A DNA stretch of 54,827 nt from Octopus bimaculoides (Eukaryota), in assembly GCF_001194135.2 (NCBI RefSeq), contig NC_068982.1, forward strand, positions 138,202,910 to 138,257,736, given 5' to 3'. A program made the position numbers and the translations under genes. A model generated the notes under the pieces. The model did no database searches. It had not been told where the DNA came from and worked only from the letters and a program-made list of their open reading frames with translations. Below, piece by piece: positions 49,862-54,827 of this stretch (the first letter of the stretch is position 1; each line of letters begins with the position of its first letter).

Positions 49862-50196
49862 TGGTTATGGTGAGATATATTATAAGTAAACCTACATAGA
49901 AGGCATACAGACATTTCAAATTTGAATATTTCTCCATAGACTAAAAAAAAAAAAAAAATGATAAACAGCCTTAATTGATTTTCAGCCCTTATTTGACACC
50001 TCTAAGGTGTCAGCATTATTGGCAAAGGCCTGGAACTATTGGTGCAGAAAAATTGGTTGTGTATCTGTATTTGAATAGTTTGATGAACTTATTTGCAAAT
50101 TATTTTAGTGTATCAATTTAATTAATATGTTGTGCGTGTATTGATTATTTGGTTTTTGGTTTGTAAATGTACTTTAAAAAAAAATAGAAACATTGA

Positions 50197-50355
<159 letters not shown>

Positions 50356-50524
50356 TGAATTAACAAGTTCACTCTTGCAAGAGACCGTCTTTTAGTTCTC
50401 AACCATTTTTTACCTATGAACCCCTCTGAATCCTGTTTTATTCTACAGGATCACCACAACCATTTGATGTTGAAAAAATTTATATTTGCCCATCACAATA
50501 GAATTGATATCCTAAAACCAAAGT

Positions 50525-50738
50525 GTCACGTAAAAAGCCTTGGTGTTTGTGCTGGCGCCATGTATAAAGTGCTCAGTATACTCTGTACAGTGGTTGGCAT
50601 TAGGAAGGGCATCCAGCCATTCAAGCCATACTAAAACTGACTATAGAAACTGGTCTGGGCCCCTGGCCTTGCCAATTCCTGTCAAACTGTTCAACCCATG
50701 CTAGCATGGAAAACAGACGTTAAATATTGATGATGATG
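50525..50738 (+). mobile_element. RTE-type tail copy (diverged) in BTBD10-like intron
   Basis: agtggttggcattaggaagggcatccagc...caacccatgctagcatggaaaacagacgttaaa. Confidence 0.75.
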
Positions 50739-51476
50739 AAATATTTTTATGAATTGTACAAGTATAACCAATATATGGGCCCCACTAGGGTTATGTAGAC
50801 CCCAGTTCAGAATCTCTGACCCCTAGATGAACAAGTTCTACACTTCATCATTTTATTGTTGTCAGATGACACATTCTGCTTCTATCCCCTTAATTTTTGT
50901 GGCCATTGATATCACCTCATTGCAAATTAAGGATCTATTTTTGGAATGATGTGTGATTAGAAAAAGTCAGCTTTACAACCATGTGGTCTCAGAGTTAGTT
51001 CCACTGCACAGCATCTTAGTAAATGTCTTCTATTATAGTCTTGGGCCAACTAATACCATGTGAGGGGATTTGGTAGATGGAAACTACAAGGAGCCCGTTG
51101 TCATTAACATCATCATTGAACATTGATGTTCCATGCTGGCATGGGTTGGAATGTTTGACAGGATCCTGTCATACTGTCCCATTGTGTGATGTCTTGGGCA
51201 AGTGTTCCTGAGCCAACCAAAACTTGTGAGTGGATTTGATTGACAGAAACTGAAAGAAACATATCATATGAGTGTGTGTGTGTAAATGTTTGGTTTTGTT
51301 GTACTACAGCCAGCCTGATTTTATTCTCAATTAATGAAAATATAGCATCAATCATTATCACAATTTGACCCCGCAAGAATGGTGACGCCTTCAGTGACCA
51401 TCCACGCTACAATGGTCTCTAACAAACACAATATACAGCTCGCAACAACACACACACACACACTACATACATATAG

Positions 51477-51758
<282 letters not shown>

Positions 51759-52669
51759 TAGGGAGTCATCACCATTGCGATCAATTTAATCCTTCAGTGT
51801 TCAGATTACTGTGTCAAACGCATTTATTCCTGTAGTTTAAATTAGTCATTCAGACGGCACCAATGTTTGAAGGGTACTTTTTACGTGCCAGTTACACAAC
51901 ACTGGTATTGACCATGACTACGATCTCACTTGGTTTGATGGGTTTTCTCAAGCATGGCATATCGCCAAAGGTCTTGGTCACTTAACTATTTAATGTTGTC
52001 AATATCATTCCTTAGACCACTGGGCTCACAATCATGAGATAGTGAGTTCAATTTCCAGACCAGGCTCTGTGTTGTGTTCTTGAGCAAGACACTTTATTTC
52101 ATGTTGCTCCAGTTCACACTGCTGTAGAAATGAGTTGCAATGTCAGTGGTGCTAAGCTGTATCAGATTTTGCCTTTCCCTTGGAAAATATCATTGGTGTG
52201 GAGAAGGTAGGCTGGTATGTATGGGCAACTGCTGGTCTTCCACAAACAACTTCGCCTAAACTTGTTCCTCAGAGGTGCAATCCCATGGTCATTCATGACC
52301 GAAGTGGGGAAGGAGTGGTCTTCATTATTTCTATCTTTAGAGCAGTGATTTAGCAGAATTGTTGGAGTTTCTGTATTTAGTTTGGACTCTCTTTACATCC
52401 AGAGTTCAAATCCTACTGAAGCAAACTTAAACTTCCATCTTCCTGTGATCAGTCAAGTACCAACCTACTATGTACTAGTGTTGATCTAATCAACTATTCT
52501 CTTCCCATTCCTAAGTTTCTTGCCTATGTTAAAAGTCACAGCCTCCTGGCTTGCCAGTCCTCAGTCAAACCGTCCAGCCCATGCCAGCATGGAAAGCAGA
52601 TATTAAATGATGATGTTGATAATGACTAAAGAAATTTTTATCCTAATTTAATGTATTTCTTTATTGTAG

Positions 52670-52767
52670 GTGGTTTTTTGCATGAATTGTCCAATGAAGG
52701 TGCCCGACAGCAATTTGAAGAATTTTTAGAGAAGTTTATACTCCCTCCAATGGTTGCTTGTGCAAAG
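52670..52767 (+). CDS. BTBD10: BTBD10/KCTD20-like gene, coding exon (gene continues beyond window)
   Basis: tttattgtag|GT ... AAG|gtaag, phase 1 to 0. Encodes (R)GFLHELSNEGARQQFEEFLEKFILPPMVACAK (family motif HELSNDGARRQF..LE..ILP.MV). Not in the supplied ORF track. Confidence 0.95.
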
Positions 52768-53688
52768 GTAAGGAATTGAAAGTCAAACAACAAAATAATA
52801 ATCCTTCTTATTATAATAATTGGGCATATGTCAATGATGGGATGATATTAGAAGTTAAGCAGTAATTAGCAAAAGAGAAAAATAGCTTTTTATAGTATAC
52901 AGGCCCTTTAATGACTAACCATTCAGTAGTAAATTCATTAACCATAGTATAATAGCTTTATGTTTGGCAGCCACAAAAGGTTTGCTAAAATTACATATTG
53001 GTAGGTGAGTCTATAAGTGTAGACAGGTATGTTGGTAGGAAGGCTGATAAAGTGGTTTGTAAATTCTCCTAAGTATATATATATATAATAATAATAATAA
53101 TATTAGGGACAAAATCCAAAATTACAGGTAAAAACTCAATTAAAATCAATTTATAAAAAATTAGAATTAAATTGAGCTTTACAGATTAAAATATATAGCT
53201 TTAGGGAAAAGAACCAAGTTTTATGAACTCATTGATGAAAATCCACTATCACATAGAAAAATTAATAATTAAAAGCACAATAAATGAGTATAATATAATA
53301 CAAAGTAAATATAAGATAAAGATAATATATATATATATTAATTACTAGCCTGATAGACCCCGCTATGTCAAGATGGATTTATATATTCTTCCTCACATTT
53401 GGATTTTATATGCTCTCTCCCACTTGGATTTAATATGTTGCCATAATATGTCTTTTTTCTACATTTTCTACATTTTTCGTGCAGCTGAAGATTGCTCTTC
53501 ATATTGCATTTAAGGTAATGCTCACATTACTTAAATAAATTGAAGTAGCATGAAACGTGCGTACTGCAATCACTTTTGAAATCCGTGTTGCTTATTGTTT
53601 GATTTTAATCACCCATCCTTTTGGGATGCGATATTCGGGTGCCTTCGCATAAGTACCATATTCAAACCTTGAATCTATATCTAAACCG

Positions 53689-53754
<66 letters not shown>

Positions 53755-54239
53755 AGAGGGATGACCACTAAGTGGACATCCCTTTTGCTAGAAGAAGACC
53801 ACCTACGGTCTGACCACCAAGAAGATAGTTCTCAAGAAAATTCAGCAAACACCAGAACGTGGTGGTGGTGGTGGTGGTGGTCATCATTTTGAATCTCACA
53901 ATTCACTGAAAATATATCAGCACGAATCAGTGAATAAATTGTTTGCTGAAATTATAAACAAGACCATCAGCTCTTGTTACATTCATTGGTCTGACGGCAC
54001 TTCTGGCTAGTGAGACACACCATGTTGAAACACCAATGTCCCAGAATCCCTTCTACTACTTAATCAAGTGTGTCATGAACACATATTCATCGTAAAGAGG
54101 AAGCTCTTCTCCTGCGATGAACATAACAGCAATTTGCATATTCACGTTTGAATCTGATAAAACCTATCAAGAATAAACATGCAAGTCATCATTCTGAATC
54201 TCGTTTAACGACCAGGTGACAGTTCATATATAATATAAT

Positions 54240-54448
54240 AAGTGCAAGAGTGGTTGTGTGGTAAGAAGCTTGCTTCCCAACTGCATGGTTCCAGGTTCAG
54301 TCCCACTGCATGGCAGCTTGGGCAAGTGACTTCTGCTATAACCGCGTTAGTGGATTTGGTAGACGGAAACTGAAAGATGCCTGTTGTATATACATATTCT
54401 TTTATTTGTTTCAATCATTTGACTGCGGCCATGCTGTAGCACTGCCTT
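54240..54448 (+). mobile_element. Family-C SINE head/core followed by an inverted tail fragment
   Basis: gtggttgtgtggtaagaagc..ggttcagtcccactgc..cttgggcaagtg, then tcatttgactgcggccatgctg. Confidence 0.75.
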
Positions 54449-54465
54449 ATATATATATATATGTG

Positions 54466-54827
54466 GATGCAAAGAAAGAGGTCTGGAGATGCCACTACGA
54501 TAGATTGCTTAATAAAGAGAATGAATGGGAGAAAGAGAGCCTGCCGTATGTCGACCCAATAGAGGGACCAGCTATCCGAGTTGATAGTACCAGGGTAGAT
54601 AAAGCAATTAAGAGTATGAAGACCGGGAAAGCCCCCGGCCCATCAGGAATCACTGCAGAGATGCTCAAAATATCTGGCAGTGTTGGCTATAGCCTAGTCA
54701 CCCGTATTACGAACCAGGTGATACACGAAGGAGTCATACCCAATGACTGGTGTAGCAGCATCATAATCAACTGCTACAAAGGTAAAGGTGACGCTTTAGA
54801 TACAAATAATTACAGAGGCATCAAGCT
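54466..54827 (+). mobile_element. RTE-clade LINE, 5'-truncated, open reverse-transcriptase frame running off the window
   Basis: 120 uninterrupted codons: DAKKEVWRCHYDRLLNKENEWEKESLPYVDPIEGPAIRVDSTRVDKAIKSMKTGKAPGPSGITAEMLK...EGVIPNDWCSSIIINCYKGKGDALDTNNYRGIK. Contains the non-LTR RT motifs KAPGP.G and KGKGD..NYRGI. Starts directly after a (TA)n tract. Confidence 0.93.

Noticed and set aside
53754-53815. ~15-bp hairpin followed by ctagaagaa-GACC(acctac)GGTC, superficially hammerhead-like
   Set aside because: The core is interrupted, GAAA is missing after the stem, and there is no stem I partner.

Overview
Eukaryotic, AT-rich, repeat-dense draft-assembly DNA with many N gaps and microsatellites. 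The SINE/RTE repertoire looks like an Octopus (cephalopod) genome; that assignment is from recall, not a database search. One host gene is well supported: a + strand BTBD10/KCTD20-family BTB/POZ gene. Four consecutive phase-compatible GT-AG exons (47118-47459, 50235-50337, 51552-51672, 52670-52767) splice into one open frame (...[134 protein letters not shown]). Its 5' exon(s) were not found and its 3' exons lie beyond the window. The rest is transposon-derived: many 5'-truncated RTE LINE 3' ends, an open RTE RT fragment at the right edge, several tRNA-headed SINE families, fragments of Penelope-like, RLE-type, CR1/L2-type and other LINEs, a Gypsy gag relic, and Tc1/mariner, hAT, piggyBac and Helentron-type non-autonomous DNA elements. 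The most interesting signal is absent from the ORF track: four unrelated sequence families carry minimal type-I hammerhead-ribozyme-like motifs. Two of them occur as head-to-head inverted insertions bounded by a single target-site duplication. One of those is a tRNA-headed SINE whose tail is a hammerhead cassette, consistent with a Penelope-mobilised SINE. Hammerheads in Penelope-like elements are known; activity and novelty here are untested. No CRISPR, rRNA or bona fide tRNA genes were found.
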